Source: Octopus bimaculoides
Taxonomy: Eukaryota
NCBI RefSeq assembly: GCF_001194135.2
Contig: NC_069009.1
Span: forward strand, 744,336 to 808,335
Length of the DNA: 64,000 nucleotides
Direction: 5' to 3'
Below are positions 47,101 through 61,262 of the stretch, one piece after another. The position numbers and the translations under genes were made by a program. The stretch's first letter is position 1. Each line of letters begins with the position of its first letter. The notes under the pieces were generated by a model. The model was not told the DNA's origin. It searched no databases and saw only the letters and a program-made list of their open reading frames with translations.

Positions 47101-49231
47101 NNNNNNNNNNNNNNNNNNNNNNNNNNNNNNNNNNNNNNNNNNNNNNNNNNNNNNNNNNNNNNNNNNNNNNNNNNNNNNNNNNNNNNNNNNNNNNNNNNNN
47201 NNNNNNNNNNNNNNNNNNNNNNNNNNNNNNNNNNNNNNNNNNNNNNNNNNNNNNNNNNNNNNNNNNNNNNNNNNNNNNNNNNNNNNNNNNNNNNNNNNNN
47301 NNNNNNNNNNNNNNNNNNNNNNNNNNNNNNNNNNNNNNNNNNNNNNNNNNNNTTATTTGCTTTTTTCATTTTAAATTTGCTTTAACCCTAACCCTAACCC
47401 TAACCCTAGGGTTAGGGTTAGGGTTAGGGTTAGGGTTAATTGTTTCAGAATCGTTTGTTTATGTAGTCGGCACTTAATGTATATCGGCTGAATGGACGTC
47501 GTGATTGGTTGAAATTACAGAAATACGATAACTTTAACATGGAATAACTTATGGATTTCTTCTTTTTTAAAAGAAGACTAAGAGAAAAAGATGTTTTATA
47601 TGACACATTCTACCAGTGTTCCAAGTTTCAAAGTGTTTCGTTAATGAAAAATGTGGCCCCCGTTTTAAAAAAGATCCTTTCCCTTTCCAGAAAATAGTGA
47701 TAACAGCGTGTGTAAACTATCATTGACGGTCCCATGGATGGTCCCATATTTAATTGTGGTTTATATTTGTTAATGAATTGTTTCTCTTAGCTTCAGGCGG
47801 CGAGCTGGCAGAATGGTTAGCCGAAGAATATGCATCATGTCGTCAGTCTTTAGGTTCAGGTTTCAAATTTCATTGAGTTCAACTTTGCCTTTCAATCTTT
47901 CGGGGACAATAAAATACGTATTACTGAAATGCTGAGGTCAATGTAATTAACTCCCCCATCCAGCAAATTTCGTAGTGTCTCTGTAGTAGAAGGGATTATG
48001 TTAGCTTTATTCGGTACCTGTGTGCTGCATGTATTATTATATTTTGTATTTAAATTGCAATCTCTGTCAAGTTTTGTAACATATCTACATTATATGACAA
48101 TAAAAATACGTNNNNNNNNNNCTGACAGTTCTGTTAGCTTTTTCTGCCTCAACCAAAATCTTCTCTGGTGCGTTTATTATATTGTTGATACTATGAAGTA
48201 TTATGCGCAGTATTATATTGACGGACTCACGCCGGATCAATGGCATCATTTTCTCAAGATTTTTTACTACTAAGTCAATATCTTCTTTTTTCAAATGCAA
48301 TTTCTGTGAAATATTTAGGAGTTTTGTTGTAACCGGTTCAATATTTTCTGCAATGGAAAATTTAACAAAATTTAAGGAAATTTACAGCTGCTTTGAGACG
48401 AAATTATGTGCTGTCTGGGGAGACAAAACAAAGTTGTGACGAAATATTAGATGCAAATTAAACACAACAATTAATGAATCACTGTTAGGCTTGTTGTCTC
48501 TTGAGGTCTCTGGGTGAGACTTGGATCCAACTTGTACAAATGCAAAGCAAAAGTCAAACATAAAACAATAATAATAATAAATTCCCTGATGCAGTACCAG
48601 GCAGTGGCTCTCATGGCTTCTGATCTTAATTTATTGGAAGTGTTATCATGTACATTGTTTTGTCTTGGTATAAAAGATGGGCTACAGCAAATATTATTAT
48701 TATTATTATNNNNNNNNNNNNNNNNNNNNNNNNNNNNNNNNNNNNNNNNNNNNNNNNNNNNNNNNNNNNNNNNNNNNNNNNNNNNNNNNNNNNNNNNNNN
48801 NNNNNNNNNNNNNNNNNNNNNNNNNNNNNNNNNNNNNNNNNNNNNNNNNNNNNNNNNNNNNNNNNNNNNNNNNNNNNNNNNNNNNNNNNNNNNNNNNNNN
48901 NNNNNNNNNNNNNNNNNNNNNNNNNNNNNNNNNNNNNNNNNNNNNNNNNNNNNNNNNNNNNNNNNNNNNNNNNNNNNNNNNNNNNNNNNNNNNNNNNNNN
49001 NNNNNNNNNNNNNNNNNNNNNNNNNNNNNNNNNNNNNNNNNNATTATTTATGTTTGACTTTTGTTTTGCATTTATACAAGTTGGATCCAAGTCTCACCCA
49101 GAGACCTCAAGAGACAACAAGTTAGAAGTTCATGTAGGTGTTATGCCTAGGGTACCATATATTTGGATTTGTACAGTTTTGTTGTAGTGAATGTTTAAGA
49201 AACCATAAGAAAATTATGTGTTTGCTTTAAA

Positions 49232-49285
<54 letters not shown>

Positions 49286-49312
49286 ATTATTATTATTATT
49301 ATTATTATTATT

Positions 49313-49344
<32 letters not shown>

Positions 49345-52300
49345 TTATATCCTAAGCACAAGGCCATGGAAATTATTGGGAATGGGGGCTAGTTTCGACT
49401 CTCTGACATCTGAGTTCCAAACGTTGCAGAGATCAACTTTGCGTTTGTTACTTTCCAGGTCAATAAAAAACAGTATCCGTCCAGGCACGTTTCGTTCTGT
49501 GTTCAAATCTCACTATGGCATTTCGATGGTTTAACATAGCTCCCCGGACACCTTGCGTGTCACTAGTGAAGGAGAACCTACTTTTGATGGCGATGATGAT
49601 GCCGACAATGAAGAAAAAGATGATAGTAATGATCTATACGTGATCGCGACAGAAATGTTAAGAAACCCATTACTTACCGTCATCGATTAACGTCATGTCA
49701 CTTTGCTGTACTCCCAAATCACGCAATGCTTGGGAAGTGTTCAAAATGTTACTAATGTTCCGCAAAACATGATCTTTATTATCACTTGTAATAAGGACTG
49801 TACGGTAAATAGTAAATATCTCTGTGCTTTGGTACAACCTAAAATAGAAATTTAAAAAAAATATTAGTTTCAGCAACGCTAACCAGAATGTTTTAGTACA
49901 CGTCAATCTAACTGGTTTTTAAAAGGTTATCTTATCCACGTAGTGGAGGCGCAATGGCTCAGTGGTTAAGGCAGCGGACTCGCGGTCATAGGATCGTGGT
50001 TTCGATTCCCAGACCGGGCGTTGTGAGTGTTTATTGAGCGAAAACACCTAAAAGCTCCACGAGGCTCCGACAGGGGATGGTGGCGAACCCTGCTGTACTC
50101 TTTCACCACAACTTTCTCTCACTCTTACTTCCTCTTTCTGTTGTGCCTGTAATTCAAAGGGTCAGCCTTGTCACNNNNNNNNNNNNNNNNNNNNNNNNNN
50201 NNNNNNNNNNNNNNNNNNNNNNNNNNNNNNNNNNNNNNNNNNNNNNNNNNNNNNNNNNNNNNNNNNNNNNNNNNNNNNNNNNNNNNNNNNNNNNNNNNNN
50301 NNNNNNNNNNNNNNNNNNNNNNNNNNNNNNNNNNNNNNNNNNNNNNNNNNNNNNNNNNNNNNNNNNNNNNNNNNNNNNNNNNNNNNNNNNNNNNNNNNNN
50401 NNNNNNNNNNNNNNNNNNNNNNNNNNNNNNNNNNNNNNNNNNNNNNNNNNNNNNNNNNNNNNNNNNNNNNNNNNNNNNNNNNNNNNNNNNNNNNNNNNNN
50501 NNNNNNNNNNNNNNNNNNNNNNNNNNNNNNNNNNNNNNNNNNNNNNNNNNNNNNNNNNNNNNNNNNNNNNNNNNNNNNNNNNNNNNNNNNNNNNNNNNNN
50601 NNNNNNNNNNNNNNNNNNNNNNNNNNNNNNNNNNNNNNNNNNNNNNNNNNNNNNNNNNNNNNNNNNNNNNNNNNNNNNNNNNNNNNNNNNNNNNNNNNNN
50701 NNNNNNNNNNNNNNNNNNNNNNNNNNNNNNNNNNNNNNNNNNNNNNNNNNNNNNNNNNNNNNNNNNNNNNNNNNNNNNNNNNNNNNNNNNNNNNNNNNNN
50801 NNNNNNNNNNNNNNNNNNNNNNNNNNNNNNNNNNNNNNNNNNNNNNNNNNNNNNNNNNNNNNNNNNNNNNNNNNNNNNNNNNNNNNNNNNNNNNNNNNNN
50901 NNNNNNNNNNNNNNNNNNNNNNNNNNNNNNNNNNNNNNNNNNNNNNNNNNNNNNNNNNNNNNNNNNNNNNNNNNNNNNNNNNNNNNNNNNNNNNNNNNNN
51001 NNNNNNNNNNNNNNNNNNNNNNNNNNNNNNNNNNNNNNNNNNNNNNNNNNNNNNNNNNNNNNNNNNNNNNNNNNNNNNNNNNNNNNNNNNNNGATCTAGT
51101 GCAGGGGTCTTCAAATTGTGGTCCGCGGACCACAGGGGGTCCGCAAGGACAAGACAGGGGGTCCGTGGACAGCAAATACTTTTTATGGGCAATTTGATTT
51201 TATATATGTTTTTTTAACCGAAATCTTTTAATTGACAATAAACCTATTTGTTAAATACTGTTAAATAAATAAATGCAAAAATATATATTATTTTAAGGAA
51301 ATATTTATGAATAAATTTCATAAGCGTTTATAAGGGTCCCTAAGGTAAAGCCTGAAATATAAAGGGGTCCGCAAGTCAAAAATTTTGAAAACCCCTGTTA
51401 TATAGCACATGTATGTGTGTGAGAGAGAGGGGGAGCGTTAGAAAATATACACCTACTCACAGCTCTAGATACATTTTCAAAATGGTTTTTATATTCATTG
51501 CAGTTTTTGGAAATCGGATGTCGGTCAATGGTATAAATCAGATGATATTCAAAGGTATTGTTCCAATCTATTCAAGAACATAAAAGACAAAAAAAAAAAC
51601 CCCAAAAAACTGAGATATTGCTATTATATATGAGACACATGTCGCAAAGTTCAACGTTGATGGGGTGACCATTCGGCACAAGTTCAAAATGCAAGATTCC
51701 TTCCACGTTCCACCAAACAGAGATCATGATCTTTCCAAATTGATTCCGCTTTGGAACGGATCGAGGAATTTGAATTTTGGGGAACCAACGCTTGCTCTGA
51801 TCGTGATTGACCAGGTAGACCCACTTGTCGCCTGATGTCACAATTCGCATCTAAAACCGGTCATCCAACTGAATGTTGAGCAATTAGCGGCAAATTTCTA
51901 TTCTCTTGGCAGCTTGCGCTTCGGTCAATTCGTAATCTTTTTGTGGCTGTTTGTGGATAAGATCAGGTTGCTCGAGAGGAACGTGACACTAACTGAATGG
52001 ACACACACCACAAAAATATAAAACAGCATTATTTTAACACAGCGCACAAACTTTTTCTTCAATCTAATACATTTATTACAAAGATATACATATGTATACA
52101 TACAATGAAACATCTCATATATTAACTATTACACTATGCTCTTATTAATCATTCATCTGTAATAAATTAGATGGATTAAATCAGAAATAAAACAACAATT
52201 ACCCATGAAATCATTCTTGTTACATTGGTTTCCGCTGCAGCAAGCTACACACGAAGTGCCATTGGCCCATTCATTGCATGTAGAAGTATTGTTTCTCATA

Positions 52301-52470
52301 GCTTCAAGGCAGTTTCTGTATGTGCTGCAAAATCTTTCAAACTTCAGTGTGACGCCACTCATTGATAGTTTATATTGGCATACAAGCTGTAATAATGAAT
52401 ACAAAAATCATAGTCTACTACCACAGCAAGTACTACTACAACTAATGTTGCTAACAACACAACAACAACT

Positions 52471-52504
<34 letters not shown>

Positions 52505-53260
52505 AGCGGGTTGTTTAACAATTGATAACTTCAAAAGTATTCAAAATAACAAACGAAATCGAAGCAAACTGACAAGGTGTTGACAGATGAATTTAAGTTA
52601 TCCCCTGTAGAATATATTAATATATACCACTTATAAAGGATGTTTTATAATTGCCTACAGTAGCCAATGTGCTTAAACCATACACGAATACGACCATCAA
52701 AGCACAGAGCATATTGGCACCACACCGCTCCGTTATCTATCACCAAGAACAAAAATGATAGATAATTCCAATAAACCAGTATCTGTTAGTCAAGGCCTCT
52801 TAATCGCGGAATGCACTGTGAATTTTTGCACAAAATATACAAACAAATCAAGCGTGAAAACCTCATGAACAATTAAGGAAAGCACGGTAAAGGCTGCCTG
52901 GTCATACTAAGTTGCTACTGACAGCTGTGGATATGCTTTAAGAGAAAAGAAGAAAGTAAGATTTTAGTTTACCTCTGCTCCTGTACAGTTTGTCACTTCT
53001 GAATCATTACACATCATTCCTGAACACGTTTGACACTGCAAATTTTTTTGGAATAATGAGTAATCTACAAAATAGAAAAGAATATCCGTATTTCGGGATC
53101 AAATAGTGTAATATATAGCAACATCAGGAAACATTTATTTTATTAGTTAGATATATAAATTATATATAAGTTACTCTTTCAATCTTTCACTTGTTTCAGT
53201 CATTTGACTGTGGCCANNNNNNNNNNAAACACATACACACAAACACACATACATATATAT

Positions 53261-53314
<54 letters not shown>

Positions 53315-53931
53315 TATACATATATACGACGGGCTTCTTTCAGTTTCCGTCTACCAAATCCACTCACAAGGCTTTGGTTGGCCCGAGGTTATAGTAGAAG
53401 ACACTTGCCCAAGGAGCCACGCAGTGGGACTGAACCCGGAACCATGTGGTTGGTAAGCAAGCTACTTACCACACAGCCACTCCTACACCTAAAATTTTTT
53501 AAAGAAAAGGAAGCAACAGAAGCAAGAAGGATTCTACTAACATTTGCTTTGCGTATGATTCATTATAGATATTGGTTCGTCTTCTTCGTTGTCTAAACCT
53601 CGTAGACATTTGCCCAGGACATCCACAGTTCTGTTGTATGTACTGGTCATATAATTTACCACGGCCGGGAGATGATATCCACACTTCAAGTTCTTATTGC
53701 CGATGAGGTTGCTGCAATTATAAATAGAACTTTAACTGATTAAGGTTCAGAAAAATAGAGAAACCTACGCTTGATTTGTCTCAGTAATGCCACGCCCCCT
53801 GGCTCACAAAACTAGAAATTCTCCCATCTGCTGTCAATTGCAGTAAAATTTTGGTCGTACAACATTCATATCCGCTGCAAATTGGGCGCATTGGAGGAAA
53901 TCCTTCGAAATTTTTGTGTAATTACGGAGAC

Positions 53932-54013
<82 letters not shown>

Positions 54014-54344
54014 GTTATAGTCGCCCTAGGAATGCTAGCAAAACGGTCTAATTGCTACCTAGCTCAGATACGAGGAAACCCCAAATTGGCAGAAATTCAA
54101 AAGATAGTGCTCTTCGGAAATGCCCATATCCTACGTAAATTACTGTCTAAGTAATCTCAAATTTTAAAACAGACTCATAACTCTCTTATGCTGTCTTAAA
54201 GATTCTCTATAACAATATTATGTACAAAACCAAACATATGACACCCTAGGCATAACACCAACATAAACTTCTAACTTGTTGTCTCTTGAGGCCTCTGGGT
54301 GAGATTTGGAGCCAACTTGTACAAATGCAAAGCAAAAGCCAAAC

Positions 54345-54392
<48 letters not shown>

Positions 54393-54544
54393 TTGAAAAA
54401 TACCTTAGAAATGAGAACCCAGGTTCGAAATAGCCACAGTCAAATGACCGAGAAAATAAAAGTATAAACGAAAAAAGAATATATATGTATATATATNNNN
54501 NNNNNNNNNNNNNNNNNNNNNNNNNNNNNNNNNNNNNNNNNNAT

Positions 54545-54576
<32 letters not shown>

Positions 54577-57500
54577 GTATGCTGTATGTATGTATATATA
54601 CACACACATATGTATGTATAACTCTCTATCTATCTATATTCATTTATATACATGTACATGCGTATGTCGGCCACTGAACTAACAGCAATTGGGAATTTGA
54701 TGTTCTCCGTTAATGATATTACAAAGTGTTTCACTTTTCCAAGAAATAAAGACATTTGTTGTACATACATCTTCTTTATATTGGGAAGGAATAAGAAAGC
54801 GCCATCCTCAATCATTTGTATTTGGTTTCTGCTCAAATTTCTGAAAGAAAGAGACAAAGTTAAGATGAAATACGTAAAAACCAATAAATCAATTTTTTTT
54901 CCTGTTAAATACTTTCTAAATTTCCCTTTAGTCAACACTGACATAATAAACACTCAGATTCATTGTACAGTTCTTTACTTCTCTGTATGGTTGCCATGTT
55001 GGTGTAATTTGCACAGGAATAGGTTCAATGAACGTAGGTTAAATATGCTGAATCAAGAAGAAATATTCTGTGATACCGCAAAAACAAATTCATTTATATA
55101 CATGCACATGCGTATGTCGGTCACTGAACTAACAGCAACTGGGAATTTGATGTTCTCTGTTTATGATATTACAAAGATGGGAAAATGATAAATATTCAGA
55201 AAGATACAATCAGAGATTAAGAAAGTAAAATAGAATAAAAGAAAATATAATCATTATATAGTTATGCACTCAATCAAAATACTCACGTACCTTCAAACAC
55301 AATATCCCACACATAATCAGAGAAAATGTGATTTATAAAGGGCAAAGTGAGTGTGAAGAAAGGAAGATTGGAAGATGATAAATATTCAGAAGAAAGATAC
55401 AATCAGAGAATTAATATCAGAAAGAGATAGCTAACTTACAAATCCTCTAAACTATAAAGATTTTGGAAAGTCTCTTGTGTTATACTCGACATTTTATTAT
55501 TGGATAGGTCTCTGTAAGATAAAAAAGAGAAATGATTAGTATGCACGAGATTTGGGGTGAAATATTAATTATAGAGTTTAATCAATGAGATGCAGAAAGA
55601 AAAATCAGAGAGATAAATGTGAAATAATTAGATGATGTTCATGATGGCTAATGATTATGATGATAATTAAGATGCAACTTTATTTTATATACTTTTGACC
55701 TAGGTGCCTTATGTTAAAACTTCCCCTGCTCCATTATATACTGGTCGGCTAGTAGAGAACCCCCCCCCCCNNNNNNNNNNNNNNNNNNNNNNNNNNNNNN
55801 NNNNNNNNNNNNNNNNNNNNNNNNNNNNNNNNNNNNNNNNNNNNNNNNNNNNNNNNNNNNNNNNNNNNNNNNNNNNNNNNNNNNNNNNNNNNNNNNNNNN
55901 NNNNNNNNNNNNNNNNNNNNNNNNNNNNNNNNNNNNNNNNNNNNNNNNNNNNNNNNNNNNNNNNNNNNNNNNNNNNNNNNNNNNNNNNNNNNNNNNNNNN
56001 NNNNNNNNNNNNNNNNNNNNNNNNNNNNNNNNNNNNNNNNNNNNNNNNNNNNNNNNNNNNNNNNNNNNNNNNNNNNNNNNNNNNNNNNNNNNNNNNNNNN
56101 NNNNNNNNNNNNNNNNNNNNNNNNNNNNNNNNNNNNNNNNNNNNNNNNNNNNNNNNNNNNNNNNNNNNNNNNNNNNNNNNNNNNNNNNNNNNNNNNNNNN
56201 NNNNNNNNNNNNNNNNNNNNNNNNNNNNNNNNNNNNNNNNNNNNNNNNNNNNNNNNNNNNNNNNNNNNNNNNNNNNNNNNNNNNNNNNNNNNNNNNNNNN
56301 NNNNNNNNNNNNNNNNNNNNNNNNNNNNNNNNNNNNNNNNNNNNNNNNNNNNNNNNNNNNNNNNNNNNNNNNNNNNNNNNNNNNNNNNNNNNNNNNNNNN
56401 NNNNNNNNNNNNNNNNNNNNNNNNNNNNNNNNNNNNNNATCTTGTTTGTTGTTAACACAACGTTTCGGCTGATATACCCTCCAGCCTTCGTCAGGTGTCT
56501 TGGGAAAATTTCGAACCTGGGTTCTCATTCCTAACGATGTTACTATTATTATTATTATATTATTATTATTATTATTAATCAGGTCGCTGCCGTGAATCGA
56601 AACGTTGTGTTAACAACAAACAAGATGAGGACAAATATCCGTCAAATGTAAATAATGTAAATAATTCCTCATCTCTTAAATATAGAACAGAAAGGGTTTT
56701 GTTTATGATTTTCATTTTATACCTCAAATGAAAAAGAATAAAAAAACTTGGAAAAAGAAATGAAGAAAATAAAGGACAGATCGACATAGGCAAACTGAAC
56801 GACGTAAACATAGATAGGCACATATAGACACTTATTCATATAATATCAAACACCTATATATACAACAAACTCTAAGATTCTCACACACATTCACACACAG
56901 TCTTACACACATACTTAGAGTGAATATCAGTTAGAGACGTGTCAAGAAACGTCTACGAAATAGGGAAATACATTCAAAAAGATGTATGATCAAGACACAT
57001 CCTACTTACAATGTCTTTAATCCGGTAAGTTTTTTGAAGGTATGTTGTTTCAAACTTGAAATTGCATTGCTGGATAGATCTCTGTAAAATATAAGCTAAT
57101 TGCTAAGAGATAGTATATTAGATATTATGTCAAATCAATACGATGCCGGAAGAAGAGAAAAAGAATTGTAAGTGAAAGACGTTGATGAAAAAGATGAGGA
57201 CAATGATGAATGACAATGATGATGATGGTGACTGATCACGAAGATAGTGATATTGATGAAGGTGGGGATAATGATAAGGTTGATGATTATGATGATAGTG
57301 AGATAATAAAGATGAANNNNNNNNNNGGTGGGGACGATGATGACGGTGGGTGGGGACCATGATGACGGTGGGTGGGGACGATGATGACGGTGCTGTCAGA
57401 GAGAATAGAAACGAGTGAGGAGAATGACCACGATTAAGAAGATGGTGATTGTCATGGCGACGAAGTAAAATTGAGAAAAGTTGAAGCAAAAAATGGAGAT

Positions 57501-59394
57501 GGATGGGAAGAAGCAAAGAGATGTTGATGAATAAGAAACAGATGAAGATGTTTCAGTCGGAAAAACTCAACCTCACTGGAAGAGCGAAAGGGTTTTACAT
57601 TATTTACATTATTTACATTATTTACATTATTTACATTTGACGGATATTTGTCCTCATCTTGTTTGTTGTTAACACAACGTTTCGGCTGATATACCCTCCA
57701 GCCTTCGTCAGGTGTCTTGGGAAAATTTCGAACCTGGGTTCTCATTCCTAACGATGTTACTATTATTATTATTATATTATTATTATTATTATTAATCAGG
57801 TCGCTGCCGTGAATCGAAACGTTGTGTTAACAACAAACAAGATGAGGACNNNNNNNNNNNNNNNNNNNNNNNNNNNNNNNNNNNNNNNNNNNNNNNNNNN
57901 NNNNNNNNNNNNNNNNNNNNNNNNNNNNNNNNNNNNNNNNNNNNNNNNNNNNNNNNNNNNNNNNNNNNNNNNNNNNNNNNNNNNNNNNNNNNNNNNNNNN
58001 NNNNNNNNNNNNNNNNNNNNNNNNNNNNNNNNNNNNNNNNNNNNNNNNNNNNNNNNNNNNNNNNNNNNNNNNNNNNNNNNNNNNNNNNNNNNNNNNNNNN
58101 NNNNNNNNNNNNNNNNNNNNNNNNNNNNNNNNNNNNNNNNNNNNNNNNNNNNNNNNNNNNNNNNNNNNNNNNNNNNNNNNNNNNNNNNNNNNNNNNNNNN
58201 NNNNNNNNNNNNNNNNNNNNNNNNNNNNNNNNNNNNNNNNNNNNNNNNNNNNNNNNNNNNNNNNNNNNNNNNNNNNNNNNNNNNNNNNNNNNNNNNNNNN
58301 NNNNNNNNNNNNNNNNNNNNNNNNNNNNNNNNNNNNNNNNNNNNNNNNNNNNNNNNNNNNNNNNNNNNNNNNNNNNNNNNNNNNNNNNNNNNNNNNNNNN
58401 NNNNNNNNNNNNNNNNNNNNNNNNNNNNNNNNNNNNNNNNTGAAAGACGTTGATGAAAAAGATGAGGACAATGATGAATGACAATGATGATGATGGTGAC
58501 TGATCACGAAGATAGTGATATTGATGAAGGTGGGGATAATGATAAGGTTGATGATTATGATGATAGTGAGATAATAAAGATGAATTTGATGATGATGTTG
58601 ACGATGAAGGTGGTGGTTGTGTTGATGACAATAAACATAAGGATTATGATGACAAATGAGGAAATAAGTAAAAAAAGTTAAAGGAGAAAAAAAGAATGAT
58701 AAAAAGAAGTGAAGACAAGTAAAACTTGATACGTAAGAAATAGAAAACGAAGAAGGGGAACGTGATAAAGGAGATTAGTTTATACATGTGTGTGTGAGAG
58801 TTCTTGTATAGATCATATATTTATACAGATCTCTGCGACTGTCAGTAAAACAGATGCTTCATGAAAAAGAAAAAATTTATCGGAATGTATAGTTATCCAC
58901 ACATTGCAAACACAAATATACATAAAAACATACACACAGCTATACACATAATATCAAGCAATGATATCTTCACACACTATGGCACACATATTGAGAGAGA
59001 ATGTGAATTAGAAAAGAGCAGAAAGAAGTATAAGAAACAAAGATGGGAAGATATTAAATACTTAGAACTCAAGGAAATAGTATCTACAAAACTGATTCAG
59101 CTTACATCTCTTTTAACTTGGGAAGATTTACAAAAGATTCTTTTTCAATTTTCGAGATTTTATTATCGGATAATCGTCTGTAAGATAAAAGAATTGGTAA
59201 GTTATAATATAGACGAGATTAATCATAAAATTTAAAGTATTATGTCTAATCAATTAGATACCGAAGTGAAAATATTAGATGAAGATGATAGCGATGATGA
59301 CGTAGATGATGATGATATCACTGGAGGTGGGGTGGTAGTGACGGTCGTCCTGCTGGTGCAGTGGAATAAGTTGTGGGGATATTTTATATGCGTG

Positions 59395-59432
<38 letters not shown>

Positions 59433-59713
59433 NNNNNNNNNNNNNNNNNNNNNNNNNNNNNNNNNNNNNNNNNNNNNNNNNNNNNNNNNNNNNNNNNNNN
59501 NNNNNNNNNNNNNNNNNNNNNNNNNNNNNNNNNNNNNNNNNNNNNNNNNNNNNNNNNNNNNNNNNNNNNNNNNNNNNNNNNNNNNNNNNNNNNNNNNNNN
59601 NNNNNNNNNNNNNNNNNNNNNNNNNNNNNNNNNNNNNNNNNNNNNNNNNNNNNNNNNNNNNNNNNNNNNNNNNNNNNNNNNNNNNNNNNNNNNNNNNNNN
59701 NNNNNNNNNNNNN

Positions 59714-59752
<39 letters not shown>

Positions 59753-61216
59753 AAATGAGAGTTTTGACGCTAATATCCATTATTATTGAAGTTTATTACC
59801 TATGTCAACATTTCTGTATAAGGTTATATTTAACTGTCAATTCCATAAGGAGTCTACTATTGATCTTTGTGGAGATGATTTGAGTTCTCGCGAGGTTCAA
59901 TTCAGCCAAGTCGTGATACATTTTGTCGAGGAAACGCGGTGGTCTAAATACCTTTAGATTCTCGATCTTTGGCATTCAGCTACAATCCGTTAGCGACAAA
60001 TCAGTGAATGCCCCTGAAAAATGGATTACATGCACATCTGAGAAGCACATAATCAGTCTGGGAAACCAATGAAGAATAGAAAATCTGGTTATCCAAAGTG
60101 GTCAAGTCAGATTCTTCGGGTACATTTAAGACCAGGATCTAGGGATGGCATTAAATACTCAGAAATATATAATCAAAGAAAAAGTATCTTCGAAACTGAT
60201 TCAACTTACATCTCATATAACTCAGGAAGATTTACAAAGGTTTCTTTTTCAATTTTCGAGATGCTATTGTTGCATAATCGTCTGTATAATAATAAAAAAA
60301 AAGTTATAATATAGACGAGATTAGTCATAAAATGTAAAGTAATATGTCTAATCAATTAGATACAGGAAGAGAAAAAAAGAAGCGAATGTATTCGATGGCG
60401 AAGATGTTAATGATGTGTGAAAATTAAGATGATAATAATGATGAGTGATGATGAAGTTGTGTGATGATGAAGTTGAGTGATGATGAAGTTGAGTGATGAT
60501 GAAGTTGAGTGATGATGAAGTTGAGTGAGAATGAAGTTGATGATAATAATGAGGATGATCCTGGTGAGGCTAATAATTATGGATGATACTGACCGTTTTG
60601 ACGATGATGATGATGATGTGAAACGTAATCAAATTGGAAAAGGAGAGAAGGATTAGAAAAACATTTGGCCGATCTTCGTATATGAAAATCGAATATTCCC
60701 AGTGAAGAGGAATCAGCGGCTTTCTGTGGAGATGTTTGATTTCCCAGCATCTACAGTCCAAGAGAGTCAGGTTGTTCCTTTGGAAATTGCTGTATTTTAT
60801 CGGTGCTCGGGCAAAGTTACCTCCCATGAAAAATATTTACAGATATATATACAAATATATAGTTACAGATATATAGTATAAAGAGGATGTGAGTTGGAGA
60901 AAACAAAGAGAGAAAGAGAAATAGATGAGCGGACATTAAAGAGTAAGGCACATAAAAAACAAGTATCTAGCCTCAGCAATACGGCTTCAACTTACAAAAT
61001 CTGTAAGCTGTTCAGCCCCTGAAATGTGCCATGTTCAATATTCGATATTGTATTATTTTGTAGGTATCTGCAAGACAAAAGAAAATTGATAAGAAATAAT
61101 AGAGAGGAAAATAATCACAAAACTTTAAATATTATGATTAAAAACTAGCATGCGGACATAGAAGAAAACGAAGTAGAATTGACAGATGTAGATGAAGACG
61201 ATAATGATTTGAGTGA

Positions 61217-61262
<46 letters not shown>

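Noticed and set aside
47383-47438. Ancient chromosome end-to-end fusion site
   Set aside because: Repeat orientation is opposite to a fusion signature and the tract is only 56 bp.
53865-53930. gctgcaaattggg segment upstream of an R4-type fragment as a possible HDV-like ribozyme
   Set aside because: I could not build the nested double pseudoknot, and the LINE is 5'-truncated and separated from it by (AAT)n.
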